Shown here in pieces: positions 7,239-17,457 of a stretch of DNA of 64,000 nt (the first letter of the stretch is position 1; each line of letters starts with the position of its first letter). The DNA lies in the IMG/VR virus record IMGVR_UViG_2737471844_000002, positions 1 through 64,000 of that record. The stretch is one strand, 5' to 3'. A program made the translations under genes and the position numbers. The notes beneath the pieces were generated by a model. It saw only the letters and a list, made by a program, of their open reading frames with translations. It ran no database searches and was not told the DNA's origin. The DNA comes from a virus (lineage: Duplodnaviria > Heunggongvirae > Uroviricota > Caudoviricetes).

Positions 7239-9280
7239 TGTTTTATTCAGCCAATGAACTGGCCGGTCTTACTGGTTTGCCCGGTACAGTTCAGGGGGTG
7301 CGCTGGACGCTCAATCGGATCACAGAGACGCACCCGGAATGGAAGCGCAAGCGTGAAGGCACCAAAGCATTCGAGTATCACATCGACTGCCTGCCCGCTG
7401 AAGCGCAGAAGGTTTTACGTAAGCGCCTGACTCATCAGGTTCTGGAAGATGCGCAACTGCCCGCCGTGGTTGAGCAGAAGGCAGTTAAGAACGTCACCAT
7501 TCGCGATGAACTGGAAGTGATGGTCAAATGCCCGGAGCTGGCATTACGCGAAGTTCAGGCACTGACCGACAAGCAAAAGGCCATCGCTGATGCGCGGATA
7601 TTGCTGGCTACCGAAGTGCATAAACTGCGTGAATACGCAGGAATGTCCAGGACGGCAGCGATAAAACACATTGTTGATGGTATCCGCCAGGAGGCTTTGC
7701 CCGAGCGCGTTATTGTGGCAGGTAATACCGCCAATGCCCGACAGGGTAAGCGAACTGGCGTCAGTACAGGGAGTTTACAGGAATGGTATTCCGCCTGGCT
7801 GATGGCGCGCGGTGATGCCAATCAGTTACTGGCGTTACTGTCCCCCGGTCATCATAAGGGGACACCGTGGGAGCAGGTCTGGTGGTTGAGCGATTTCTTT
7901 ATGTTCTATCGCTCATGGAAGCGCCCGACTGTTGAATATGCGTATCGTGAGTTTTCAGTCTGGTGGCATGAAAAACACGCGAATGATGCGGGAATGCTGG
8001 CGGCACTGCCTTCAGTTCACGCAGTAAGACGGGTGTTAAGCAACGTCCCGGTGATTGTTAAGGAGCGTTTCCGCTCCACCGGTTCAGCCTGGCGTTCGCT
8101 CAATCCCTTTGTGCGGCGCGACTGGAGCACATTACCGGTTAATGCGGTATGGGTCGGGGATGGTCACTGTATGAAAATGACCGCGTTTAACCCCCTGACC
8201 GGCAATATTTTCCGGCCAGAGGTGACGCTGGTTATGGATGCGGGGCAGCGCTTTGTTGTGGGCTGGTCACTGTCCCTGTCGGAAAACGTGATAGCCGTTG
8301 CTGATGCGCTGCGTCATGGCATGTCACAGCACGGGATACCGCTGATTTATTACTCCGATAACGGGGGCGGCGAAAAAAACCGGGTGCTTGATGCCGATAT
8401 TACCGGGATTTTGCCCCGGCTGGGTGTGGAGCATCACACGGGGATACCAGGTAACCCACAGGGGCGCGGGGTGATTGAAAGGCTTAACAAGGAAATTCCC
8501 CGGGATGTGGCCCTGAGTTTCCAGACGTACTGCGCAAGGGATGCAGACAAGGAAACCGTAATGATGCAGCAACGGATTATGCAGTCAGCCATTAAGGCCA
8601 CCCACAAAGGGAAAGAACTGACAAAACGGCAGGTTAAGGCGAGGGATGAAATCCCCACCTTTGAGCAACTGATGGCAGCCATAGAGCTGGAGGTCAGACG
8701 CTATAACAACCGGCCACACAGCAGCCTACCCCGCAAAGAGGATGGCGAATATTACAGCCCGGCAGCGTATCGCCGGAAACTGATAAAAGAGCAGAATGTT
8801 GAAATTGATTTCCTGTCGCCGGAAGAACTGCATGAAATGTTCAGGCCGGAAGTGACGCGCAAAACATTTCGCGGGGAAATTCAGTTATTCAACAATATTT
8901 ATTACTCATATGATCTGGCCGCAGAGCACGGGAATGAAGTCAGGGTCAGTTACGATATTCATGATGCAAACAGCGTCATTGTCCGGCGGGCTGATGGCTC
9001 TTATATCTGCGATGCCATCTGGAACGGTAACAAGGTTGATGCCTTCGCTAAACCAGTTATCGAACAAAAACTGGAGAAACGCGTCAGGGGCCGCATTGCA
9101 CGGGCCACGCAGAAAATCGAAGAGGCTAAACGCGAGCTTACCCCGGCTATTACGCAGAAGCCTGACTTTAATCTGGGATATAGACTGGAGCGCCCGGAGA
9201 AAAAGGAAAAAGAAGAACTTTATTTATTCGCATCTGAACGCGAGCGCAATTTAAAGAAAAACGGCACAAACAACCGTTAA
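7238..9280 (+). CDS. A: Mu-type DDE transposase (MuA-like)
   Basis: 680 aa, directly after ner and before the AAA+ B protein; Mu transposase domain organisation. Confidence 0.9.
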   Translation: MFYSANELAGLTGLPGTVQGVRWTLNRITETHPEWKRKREGTKAFEYHIDCLPAEAQKVLRKRLTHQVLEDAQLPAVVEQKAVKNVTIRDELEVMVKCPELALREVQALTDKQKAIADARILLATEVHKLREYAGMSRTAAIKHIVDGIRQEALPERVIVAGNTANARQGKRTGVSTGSLQEWYSAWLMARGDANQLLALLSPGHHKGTPWEQVWWLSDFFMFYRSWKRPTVEYAYREFSVWWHEKHANDAGMLAALPSVHAVRRVLSNVPVIVKERFRSTGSAWRSLNPFVRRDWSTLPVNAVWVGDGHCMKMTAFNPLTGNIFRPEVTLVMDAGQRFVVGWSLSLSENVIAVADALRHGMSQHGIPLIYYSDNGGGEKNRVLDADITGILPRLGVEHHTGIPGNPQGRGVIERLNKEIPRDVALSFQTYCARDADKETVMMQQRIMQSAIKATHKGKELTKRQVKARDEIPTFEQLMAAIELEVRRYNNRPHSSLPRKEDGEYYSPAAYRRKLIKEQNVEIDFLSPEELHEMFRPEVTRKTFRGEIQLFNNIYYSYDLAAEHGNEVRVSYDIHDANSVIVRRADGSYICDAIWNGNKVDAFAKPVIEQKLEKRVRGRIARATQKIEEAKRELTPAITQKPDFNLGYRLERPEKKEKEELYLFASERERNLKKNGTNNR

Positions 9281-9298
9281 TTTAAAAGGTATTTAATT

Positions 9299-10192
9299 AT
9301 GAGTTTAATTACGCAATTAAATGACGTAATGGCCCGTCGCGGCTTTACGCAGACCCACGTTGCCCGTGCTATTGGTCGTAGCAGCGCCGTTATCAACCAG
9401 TATTTGCAGGGCAAATATCAGGGCGATATGGCTGATATTGAAGAACGCATTTCTGCCTTTGTGACCCGTGAGCGGGAAAAGGAAAACAGCCGCCGTATTA
9501 AAGCGAAATTTGTTGCCACCGGTATGGCTGCCAAAGGACTGGAAGTGCTGGCCTATGCTCACCTGGAATGTGAAATCTGCGTACTGTATGGCGCGGCAGG
9601 TCTTGGCAAAACAATGATTCTGCGTGAATACGCCGCCAGAAACCGGGATGCGGTCCTGATTGAAGCTGACCCGGGCTATACAGCCAGAACACTGCTTGAG
9701 GAGCTGTGCCGCCAGCTGGGGGTAAAAGTTCGCGGCAATATCCACGAACTGATTGATGCATGTGTGCGAGAACTGCGTGATTCCGGTCGCCTGCTGATGG
9801 TGGACGAGGCTGAACTGCTCCCCTATCGCGCACTGGAGGTTCTGCGCCGTCTGCATGACAAAGCGGGTATCGGGATTGTCCTGGCGGGTATGCCACGCCT
9901 TCTGATTAACCTCAAGGGACGTCGCGGTGAGTTCGCCCAGTTATACAGCCGTGTGGCGCTGGCGCTTAACCTGGGTGATACGCTGGCGCAGGAAGATTTT
10001 AACCAGATAGCCACCGGGCTGATGCCGGAAGCAGCAGAGCCGGAAATCAGCGAGGCGCTTTATACACGTTCGCTGGGTAATGCCCGCCGCCTGTTCAAAC
10101 TGGCGCGTGGTGTGTACCGGATTTGTGATATCAGCGATGCGCCGGTCAGTGTGCAGGCCATTGATAAATTCGCAGAAATGTTAATTCACTGA
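9299..10192 (+). CDS. B: Transposition ATPase (MuB-like, AAA+)
   Basis: Walker A GAAGLGKT, Walker B LLMVDEAE, N-terminal HTH. Confidence 0.9.
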   Translation: MSLITQLNDVMARRGFTQTHVARAIGRSSAVINQYLQGKYQGDMADIEERISAFVTREREKENSRRIKAKFVATGMAAKGLEVLAYAHLECEICVLYGAAGLGKTMILREYAARNRDAVLIEADPGYTARTLLEELCRQLGVKVRGNIHELIDACVRELRDSGRLLMVDEAELLPYRALEVLRRLHDKAGIGIVLAGMPRLLINLKGRRGEFAQLYSRVALALNLGDTLAQEDFNQIATGLMPEAAEPEISEALYTRSLGNARRLFKLARGVYRICDISDAPVSVQAIDKFAEMLIH

Positions 10193-10431
10193 TGGAGAAT
10201 AAGACGATGGACAAGCAGACCATTAACGCCGTCCGTTCCCGTGCCCGTGTGGCCATTCACACCACCGGCGGTCGTGTAACGGGACAGCATCACCGTTTAC
10301 CTGTGGTTTATGCCTGCCCGCCCGTGGGTGGTCCTGTATGGCCGGTAACGGAAATCGTCCAGACATTCAGCGGCCTGCGCCGCGTGGTGAAAACGTCCTG
10401 TATCGACGGCTGTACCGTCGTATGGCAATGA
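10192..10431 (+). CDS. Hypothetical protein
   Basis: Six-frame ORF; start uncertain (ATG at 10207 possible). Confidence 0.4.
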   Translation: MENKTMDKQTINAVRSRARVAIHTTGGRVTGQHHRLPVVYACPPVGGPVWPVTEIVQTFSGLRRVVKTSCIDGCTVVWQ

Positions 10432-10443
10432 GAGGAAATCAGA

Positions 10444-10659
10444 ATGGCGGTTAAATTAGAAGTAATTATCTATACCAATGAAAAAGGCGCGACTTTAACC
10501 CAGATTACAGGGAGTTATTCGAAGGACGGCACTTCCGAAAGGGAGTTTCAGGTGGCAACAGGATTACATGATGTTATCAAGGAAGCACTGAGAAATGACT
10601 ACAACGGCGTGAATATTTTTTCTGAAAACGTTGCGCCTCGCGCACATAACACAAATTAA
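10444..10659 (+). CDS. Hypothetical protein (71 aa)
   Basis: Six-frame ORF. Confidence 0.45.
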   Translation: MAVKLEVIIYTNEKGATLTQITGSYSKDGTSEREFQVATGLHDVIKEALRNDYNGVNIFSENVAPRAHNTN

Positions 10660-10688
10660 TCTGTAAATATCACTGAGGTAATTTAATT

Positions 10689-11333
10689 ATGACGACTGAA
10701 AATAAAGTTAAGCAATACACGAAAACTCAAGCGCCTGAAGGTTACTGGGTGGATGCCCGTGGCGTAATGACACCTGAAAGCCTTATCAAAGATATTGACC
10801 GCGACCGCGAGCAGCTGGTCGGTGAGCTTGTGGAGATGGTGATTGCTGCCTCCGCCTCACTGCGTGAACTGAAACTGCGTGCGTTTGGTGATATTCAGGC
10901 GTTTATTGACCTGTCGGCGGAGAAATACGGCGCTGTGAAAGGCGGCAAAAAAGGCAATATCACGCTTTACAGCTTTGACGGGCGTTACAAGATTCAGCGC
11001 GCCATGCAGGACCGTATCGCGCTTGATGAACGCATTCAGACCGCGAAGGCACTGATTGATGACTGCCTGGCTGACTGGACGGAAGGAGCGCGCCCTGAAA
11101 TTAAAGCCATCATCAGTGAGGCATTCAGCACGGACAAGGAAGGCAACATTAACACCGGGCGCGTTCTGGCTCTGCGTCGTCTCGATATTACGGAGGAACG
11201 CTGGGATAACGCCATGAAACTGATTGGTGAAGCCGTCCAGGTGGTTGGCAGCAGAAGCTATATCCGCGTGTATGAGCGCGTCGGTGATTCCGACGAATAC
11301 CGCGCAATCCCGCTTGATATTGCAGGGGTTTAA
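10689..11333 (+). CDS. Conserved Mu-like early protein (DUF3164-like by recollection)
   Basis: 214 aa; position in the Mu semi-essential early region. Confidence 0.5.
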   Translation: MTTENKVKQYTKTQAPEGYWVDARGVMTPESLIKDIDRDREQLVGELVEMVIAASASLRELKLRAFGDIQAFIDLSAEKYGAVKGGKKGNITLYSFDGRYKIQRAMQDRIALDERIQTAKALIDDCLADWTEGARPEIKAIISEAFSTDKEGNINTGRVLALRRLDITEERWDNAMKLIGEAVQVVGSRSYIRVYERVGDSDEYRAIPLDIAGV

Positions 11334-11334
11334 C

Positions 11335-11568
11335 ATGCATCAGGATATCAAAGAGTACAGAGCCGGAAATAGTTGCGCGGCGTATTCGCTGGGCGCGTCC
11401 AGAGCAGAACAACGCGGCGATTATGACGAGGCAGAAAAACTGTGGCGCAAGGCAGCGCAAAGCCCGTGTAGCACCCTGCGCCGCATCTGGGCTGAACATC
11501 GTGCGGAGTTCTGCGCTAACGCTCACCTGAAAGGATGGAAGCCGCCTCATGAACGCGAAGAACTTTAA
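11335..11568 (+). CDS. Hypothetical protein (77 aa)
   Basis: ORF trimmed to ATG at 11335. Confidence 0.4.
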   Translation: MHQDIKEYRAGNSCAAYSLGASRAEQRGDYDEAEKLWRKAAQSPCSTLRRIWAEHRAEFCANAHLKGWKPPHEREEL

Positions 11569-11740
11569 TAAGCAGTATCCGGTAGGGGCTCGCTTCATGC
11601 ACACTGCACATCCTGCGTTGCGTGGTGGTCGTGTAGTGAAAACCGTTTCACCTGCCAGAGATTTTAAATGTGGTTGTGTGGTTGAAATTAATGTCGAGCC
11701 TTATTTCGTAAAAGTCGAAACACTGAAAGCACCGCATTAA
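11549..11740 (+). CDS. Hypothetical protein (63 aa)
   Basis: Six-frame ORF. Confidence 0.4.
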   Translation: MNAKNFNKQYPVGARFMHTAHPALRGGRVVKTVSPARDFKCGCVVEINVEPYFVKVETLKAPH

Positions 11741-12018
11741 TTTAATTTGTTTTTAATTGTTATTTAAAACAGGCGTAAACCCGCCAGGGCTGGCTTACGC
11801 CTGAATCTGAGGAAGTTTATTTATGAATATTGCTAAGCAAAAAAAATTCGCCCACGAAATTAATCTGACAATCGTTTGTTTTAATCGTCTTGCGACCAGT
11901 TCTCAATCGACAGCAGATGTTCATCCAGCGCCGCAGCCAGAACGAACTCCCCACGTTCCTGAAGGCCGTGCCGGAAGTTGCGTAATTCAGAATTCAGGAT
12001 GCTGAGGTTCAGACGACC

Positions 12019-12729
12019 ATGAAAGATAAATACATTGCCAAAATCAAAAAACTGTTACGCCTTGCCAGAGGAACATCAAGCCCGGAAGAAGCCGCTAACG
12101 CTATTGCAAAAGCCCAGGCTTATATGCGCCAGCATGGCATCAGCGAAAACGACGCGGAATTGTTCGATATTCAGGAGGCTGCCAGCGCGGGTGCCCCCAG
12201 TAATGCTGTGATTTCGCCGCGCTATATGCATGTTCTGTGTAGTCTGGTCAGCAATGCCTTCGGGGTTGAATGTTATATCTCCTTTAAATATCTGGAATCT
12301 GGTTCACTCAAACGTTACGTGCGTTTTTATGGTCCTGACAGCCGCCCGGAAATTGCGGCCTACGCGTTTGATGTGCTTTCCCGTCAGATGATGGCAGAGC
12401 GCAAGAAATATCAGGATAAACACTGCAAACGTTGTGGTCCGTCCACGCGGGTGGCCCGTGGCGACCAGTTCTGCGAAGGCTGGGTCTTTGGTGCCCGTGA
12501 TGTCATTGCGGTGTATGACGTCTCCCCGGAAGAAAAAATCCGCCTTGAGCTTTACAGAAAGAACCTGTACAGCACTAAGGGGCTGCGTGACGGGGATATG
12601 CGCACAGCTAAAGCGTGCCGGGGTGCAGAGTTTGCCGCTACTGCCGGTTTTATCGCCGGGAAAAACGCCAGACTGCATCAGGGGGTTAATGGTCAGAGCA
12701 ACAGACCGCTGGCACTGGGGAGGGGATAA
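12019..12729 (+). CDS. Conserved Mu-like early protein (DUF2786-like by recollection)
   Basis: N-terminal IAKIKKLLRLARGTSSPEEAANAIAKAQ motif. Confidence 0.5.
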   Translation: MKDKYIAKIKKLLRLARGTSSPEEAANAIAKAQAYMRQHGISENDAELFDIQEAASAGAPSNAVISPRYMHVLCSLVSNAFGVECYISFKYLESGSLKRYVRFYGPDSRPEIAAYAFDVLSRQMMAERKKYQDKHCKRCGPSTRVARGDQFCEGWVFGARDVIAVYDVSPEEKIRLELYRKNLYSTKGLRDGDMRTAKACRGAEFAATAGFIAGKNARLHQGVNGQSNRPLALGRG

Positions 12730-12731
12730 CG

Positions 12732-12959
12732 ATGGCTTTTAAACTTCTCAGTGTTACCGAAGCAATATACCAGCCGCCCGGAGAACGCCACGAATACAGG
12801 ATGAATGACGGCAGCGCGGCGGTTGAGTTTCCCAAATATCCGGGGGCTTCCCGGTGGCGGTTCTATGACAGTGTGGGACGCCGGATTATTAAAAGAACTG
12901 TGCACAACGCCATGAAAGCCGCCGTAGAGCGTCATAAAAGGAGGTTTAACTGTAAATGA
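12732..12959 (+). CDS. Hypothetical protein
   Basis: Six-frame ORF. Confidence 0.45.
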   Translation: MAFKLLSVTEAIYQPPGERHEYRMNDGSAAVEFPKYPGASRWRFYDSVGRRIIKRTVHNAMKAAVERHKRRFNCK

Positions 12960-13186
12960 ATATTGAGTTTTATGAACGCAATGGTACCGCAGTTATCACT
13001 ATCTCCTGCTGGTTCTGGGAATTTCGCCGTTACTGGCGGGTTGTGGATGCGGCTTTGTTTGTGGCTCCTGACGCGATACACGAAAGCAGTGGCGGCATTT
13101 TAATGATAACCGTCATCACCGGTAAAACGGTCCCGATGTTACGGGCGTTTAAAGTGGCAAAACAGGAGGCTGGCAATGGTCATTGA
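12956..13186 (+). CDS. Hypothetical protein
   Basis: Six-frame ORF overlapping neighbours by 4 nt. Confidence 0.45.
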   Translation: MNIEFYERNGTAVITISCWFWEFRRYWRVVDAALFVAPDAIHESSGGILMITVITGKTVPMLRAFKVAKQEAGNGH

Positions 13187-13466
13187 TAAAACGATAACGA
13201 TAGATATAGCCATGAATGCAGGCATCGCTCTTCTCGGTTGGTGTTACATCATGCTCCGCGCCGGGATGTGGCTGTCCCTTGTATTCCTGAAAACATGGAA
13301 TAAGCACCGTAAACAGACGCAGCAGCAGAAGGCAATGAATGCGTTTTTTGAGGCCTTCGATATCGACAGCATAGAGCCAGGAGAACCAACCCGCGTTATC
13401 CCCGTAGGTGATGTCGTGATTTTGGTATACCGAAGTGAAAAAAATAAACAGGAGGCGGCGCAGTGA
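13176..13466 (+). CDS. Hypothetical membrane protein
   Basis: Hydrophobic stretch IAMNAGIALLGWCYIMLRAGMWLSLVFL. Confidence 0.45.
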   Translation: MVIDKTITIDIAMNAGIALLGWCYIMLRAGMWLSLVFLKTWNKHRKQTQQQKAMNAFFEAFDIDSIEPGEPTRVIPVGDVVILVYRSEKNKQEAAQ

Positions 13467-13627
13467 ACCAGCAAACCAGAATAAGCGATAAGAGCCTGAC
13501 CAGACTGATTGCCGATGCGGACAAGGTGCTGGAGCGAAACACCCCCGTTGCCGATGAGGAATGGTGGCAGGATTTCCGGGCCGCAATGCTGGAACTTCAG
13601 GAACGTCGTCGGGAGGAGTTGAAGTGA
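13463..13627 (+). CDS. Small hypothetical protein (54 aa, GTG start)
   Basis: GTG overlaps upstream stop; below the ORF-track cutoff. Confidence 0.3.
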   Translation: MNQQTRISDKSLTRLIADADKVLERNTPVADEEWWQDFRAAMLELQERRREELK

Positions 13628-13887
13628 GTGAATTAAAGTGTCGAATTAATGGCAATCAGATAGAACCGTGTGCGGTACTGGCAAAAGCACTCGAATATGG
13701 AAATCCAGCCTTTAAGAGTAAAGGCATATTTATCCCGGAACGCGTGAATATAAACACCGGCGAGCCAGGCTTAGACATTGCTCAAATTCACTCCGGCCAA
13801 TATGTCGGTCGTGGTGTTGCCATGTGTTTTTGCCCGTTCTGTGGTGAAAGTCTGAAAACATGGAAAAAGGAGGCAACCAGTGAGTGA
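13624..13887 (+). CDS. Hypothetical protein with CxxC pair
   Basis: GTG start overlapping upstream stop; CFCPFCGES motif. Confidence 0.4.
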   Translation: MSELKCRINGNQIEPCAVLAKALEYGNPAFKSKGIFIPERVNINTGEPGLDIAQIHSGQYVGRGVAMCFCPFCGESLKTWKKEATSE

Positions 13888-14506
13888 AGTTAACTATCAG
13901 GCACTGCGTGAGGTGGCAGAGGCCGCGAAGGGGGATACGACGTGGCAGAACCTACAGGCTTTTCATGCTGCGGCTACGCCGGAGGTTGTGCAGGCGTTGC
14001 TGGATGAAAACGAAAGACTGTGTCGAGATCTGATAGCTCGTAATGGTGAGATTGAAGGGCTTCGGGAGTGGGCAGAAGAACTGGAGGCACGGGAGGTGGC
14101 TTTGCCAGTAGCGTCATGCATTGTTGAAGATGGATGCATGTGTGTTGATGGGTTCAGTGAGTATGTAGGTCACTCGCTGCCTGATGGAATGCATGAGCTT
14201 TATGCTGCCCCGCCAGCGCCCGTAGTGCCTGCATCACTGGAATCAGAGCCGGTGGCGTGGACTGATGAAGAGGAACTGCGCGATGTCAAGCAGTATGGTC
14301 TCGGTGAGATATTTCAGTACCCGCCAGATAAATACGCAGACTCGCGTCGTGTAATCCCGCTGTATCGCGAGCTGCCAGTGCCGGTAGTGCCGGATGAAAT
14401 GTATTGGCAGGATGCGCCAGTTGAAGGCAGCAGCAAAGCTGCTGCATACGCTACAGGTTGGAACGCTTGCCGCGCTGCCATGTTTAAAGGAAAAGGAGGT
14501 GCGTAA
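13880..14506 (+). CDS. Ea22/Ead-like protein
   Basis: NYQALREVAEAA...WQNLQAFHAAATPEVVQALLDENERL. Confidence 0.5.
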   Translation: MSEVNYQALREVAEAAKGDTTWQNLQAFHAAATPEVVQALLDENERLCRDLIARNGEIEGLREWAEELEAREVALPVASCIVEDGCMCVDGFSEYVGHSLPDGMHELYAAPPAPVVPASLESEPVAWTDEEELRDVKQYGLGEIFQYPPDKYADSRRVIPLYRELPVPVVPDEMYWQDAPVEGSSKAAAYATGWNACRAAMFKGKGGA

Positions 14507-14678
14507 TGCGTGTCGCGTTTATCGGTTTATTACCATACCCGACTCGTTTTTGGGCTTCTGCGTTAATGACAAAGCCGCATGTCCTGATGGCTGACAGCAT
14601 CATCCCTGCACCGAAACGCCGTACAGGCATTGCGGCGGCGAGACGAGCAGCAAAGAAACGCAGGAGAACAAAACGATG
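14506..14678 (+). CDS. Small hypothetical basic protein (57 aa)
   Basis: ATG overlaps upstream stop (TAATG); below the ORF-track cutoff. Confidence 0.3.
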
Positions 14679-15175
14679 AAAAACCGTAAGGCAAAAATTC
14701 TGTTAGCTCGCAGAAACGGTGTTGGGGTCTGGCGATGGTTGAGGATTAGTAACAGACGAGTGAGGTTGACGGGGTGTTGCGGGGTGATGTTGTACAGCTG
14801 TTGCAAAAAGCCCAGCGCGGCGCAAAACCGCTGGAAGAATCACACTAACGCAAAGTAATTAAATAATAACCAATAACAGACCAAAACATATGTTTTGGTC
14901 TGCCAAAAGTGATGTTTTGGTCATTATGAAGATTGAACAAATCGGAATGGCAGCTTTCAGGCAACAGGCTGAAAGCGGTGGCGTGGATGAGTTCGTCGTG
15001 CAGCGGTTCAGTGGTGTGTATCACCTCTTCGCTGTGAATCGCCGCGCCGGGGTGTCCTATTTTCTACAGGAACGCCGTGGCGATTACAAGACGTGGCTGT
15101 CTCTTGACCGTGCCGCCGCGTTCCTGTCAGGGATTGGCGTTTCACGTTTTACCGTGCGTTTTGAGGATAATAAAC

Positions 15176-15574
15176 ATGCTGAAAAAGATGATCGGGGCCA
15201 TTAAAGCCGGTCAGGCGTATCTGGGGTGGGATGATGCCCTTTATCGCCAGACGCTGGCCCGCCTGACAGGTAAAACAAGCACCACACGCTGCAACCTCGA
15301 TGAACTGCGCATCATCCGGGAATACATGCACGAACAGGGATTTCCGCGCAAAGCGCCCGCCGGTAAAGGTCGCCGCCCCCGTGTTGCAATGAGCAGAAAA
15401 TCAGTATTATCCAAAATTGAAGCGTTGCTGGCTGATGCCGGTCGTTCCTGGGTGTATGCGGAAGGACTGGCATCTCACATGTATAAGCAACATGTGATCG
15501 AATGGCTGACAGATGATCAGCTGTTTGGGGTGATGGTGGCGCTGGTAAAAGATTCAAGAAGGAGAAATCAATGA
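15176..15574 (+). CDS. GemA-like protein (Mu gp16 family)
   Basis: Position before the Mor-like gene; family assignment from memory. Confidence 0.45.
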   Translation: MLKKMIGAIKAGQAYLGWDDALYRQTLARLTGKTSTTRCNLDELRIIREYMHEQGFPRKAPAGKGRRPRVAMSRKSVLSKIEALLADAGRSWVYAEGLASHMYKQHVIEWLTDDQLFGVMVALVKDSRRRNQ

Positions 15575-16074
15575 TGAAAAAATGGTTGTTTTGTTTAGTA
15601 GGGGTTATTTTATCTTTTCCTGCAGCGGCTGAATGGTACGCAGGTGTACAGGAAGATGCATTCAACGAACAAAAAACAGCTATGCTGGTTGAGTTAGATA
15701 ATGGTCGCTTTGGTGTTGTTTTTGATTGCAACAGTGATGGTTTATTCGTATCAGTTGTAGAAAAATCAAAGAAAACTGAAAGTGTAACCAAAGAGCTTCC
15801 CGTTGATCTAATTTTCAGGATAGATAACCACCCAGCAGTGAAAATGACTGGGGTATTTACACGACGAAATGAAAATTTGTACGGGTATAGATCGGATGAT
15901 GCCAGTAGCATCAAGGAATTGTTATCTTACTTACGTAAAGCAAATGATCGTATTTTAGCCGGTGCTAAATTTTCTGATGAAAAAAGAGGGATATCGTTTG
16001 ATATCACGCCAATCGGCTCCACATCAGGTGTTAATAAATTCATCAAAGCCTGTAACATCACGATTCCAGAGTAA
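15571..16074 (+). CDS. Secreted/periplasmic protein of unknown function (signal peptide), AT-rich cargo gene
   Basis: N-terminal MMKKWLFCLVGVILSFPAAAEW looks like a signal peptide; composition visibly AT-rich; followed by a strong terminator. Confidence 0.6.
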   Translation: MMKKWLFCLVGVILSFPAAAEWYAGVQEDAFNEQKTAMLVELDNGRFGVVFDCNSDGLFVSVVEKSKKTESVTKELPVDLIFRIDNHPAVKMTGVFTRRNENLYGYRSDDASSIKELLSYLRKANDRILAGAKFSDEKRGISFDITPIGSTSGVNKFIKACNITIPE

Positions 16075-16084
16075 CCTAATAGCC

Positions 16085-16110
16085 GCCCCTGCCATGCAGG
16101 GGCTTTTTTT
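16085..16110 (+). terminator. Rho-independent terminator
   Basis: GCCCCTGC-CAT-GCAGGGGC hairpin followed by TTTTTTT. Confidence 0.7.
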
Positions 16111-16173
16111 GTGGTCTGTACAGGCGATCATGTATGGCTATAATAACAGTAAGTTACTACCGGAGACGCCATC

Positions 16174-16641
16174 ATGCAGACCTTCAGTGAAACAGATCTT
16201 CGCGATGCACAGGCACTGCTACCCGATTCCGTGCAGCAACTGATTAGCGTGATTGGCTTCCCCGCCCTGACCCGGTTAATCCGTTCTTTTGGTGGCGTGA
16301 CGTTAAGCGGTAAAACCGGCGCACACGCCGAACGCACCGGCGGTGTCCATGCCCTGTTACATGACGTGCTGACCGAAGACGAAATCAACAAACTGATCCG
16401 CTTTCTTGGCGGTGCGCCGTTTTATATTCCCCGTTGCGATCATGCGTTACGTGCCCTGCGTAACTCCCGTTTTATGGCTGATTTACAGCAACATATAAAA
16501 GGCGGATGCTCACACCGGCAGGCGCTGGCACTGCTTTGTCCACGTTACGGAATTTCAGACCGGTACGCATGGCAACTGATACACCGACGACAAAAACAGA
16601 CTTCGCTGAAAAGCCCCACCCAGGTGGGGCTTTTTGATTAA
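16174..16641 (+). CDS. Mor-like middle-operon transcriptional activator
   Basis: Mor/C family pattern FYIPRCDHALRALRN..., C-terminal HTH-like region, position before the lysis/late genes. Confidence 0.6.
   Translation: MQTFSETDLRDAQALLPDSVQQLISVIGFPALTRLIRSFGGVTLSGKTGAHAERTGGVHALLHDVLTEDEINKLIRFLGGAPFYIPRCDHALRALRNSRFMADLQQHIKGGCSHRQALALLCPRYGISDRYAWQLIHRRQKQTSLKSPTQVGLFD
16613..16635 (+). terminator. Rho-independent terminator overlapping the 3-prime end of the Mor-like gene
   Basis: GCCCCACC-CA-GGTGGGGC hairpin followed by TTTTT. Confidence 0.55.
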
Positions 16642-16666
16642 TGGGCCTCAGAAAAAGGAGACACTT

Positions 16667-16945
16667 ATGACCAACTATACGGCCCTTGCCGAGTATACGG
16701 CCTACTCAGAGCAGGCCCGGGATGCTGCCGGACGCCGCTTCGCTTATATGAAAAATCTGTCCAGCCAGCTAAACCGAATGGCCGAACAACCGGATATGAT
16801 TGTTCATGAAGAAGCGTTGCAGTGTGCCATTGCTGATATTATCGCCAGTGAAAACGAGATGCGAGCCGCTCTGGAAAAAGCAAACGCCTCTGCTCCGCTT
16901 TGCAATAAACCTCTTATTACGCCGGATTCCCTTTCCCGCTTCTGA
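16667..16945 (+). CDS. Hypothetical protein (92 aa)
   Basis: AAGGAG RBS 7 nt upstream of ATG at 16667. Confidence 0.5.
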   Translation: MTNYTALAEYTAYSEQARDAAGRRFAYMKNLSSQLNRMAEQPDMIVHEEALQCAIADIIASENEMRAALEKANASAPLCNKPLITPDSLSRF

Positions 16946-17064
16946 TTTATCACCCCGCCACGGTGGGGTGCTGAACTCCCCCAGCAGTACCTGCCACTCC
17001 ATACCGCCTATCCTGTCCACTCAGTCTGTAAAACACGCAGGGATAACACTCACAGGAGAATTTC

Positions 17065-17457
17065 ATGTCTGAACCCATTTCAGGCAGCGGCGCGGTGGCA
17101 CTGACCATTGGCGGTGCCGGTGTGTACGGCCTTATCACCAATACCGATTTCGGTGTGGTCGTGGGCGCATTTGCCGGGGCGCTGTTTGTGGTCACCCAGC
17201 AAAAAGAAATCCCGGTCTGGCGCATGATTATCCACCTGATTATCGCGTTTGTGGTCGGCGTTCTGGGGGCCGGTGTGGCGGCGTCACTGATGCAGTGGCT
17301 GACCCACTACAACGACAAACCCCTCGACGCGTTATGTGCGGTCGGTGTCTCGGCGCTCTCAATCAAGATTCTGACGTTTATTTATAAACAGGATATTTCA
17401 TCGCTGTTTGGCCTGTTTTCACGGCTGCGCGGCGGAGGGGGTGAAAATGGTAAGTAG
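17065..17457 (+). CDS. Membrane protein, holin candidate
   Basis: Multiple hydrophobic helices, immediately upstream of the endolysin. Confidence 0.5.
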   Translation: MSEPISGSGAVALTIGGAGVYGLITNTDFGVVVGAFAGALFVVTQQKEIPVWRMIIHLIIAFVVGVLGAGVAASLMQWLTHYNDKPLDALCAVGVSALSIKILTFIYKQDISSLFGLFSRLRGGGGENGK

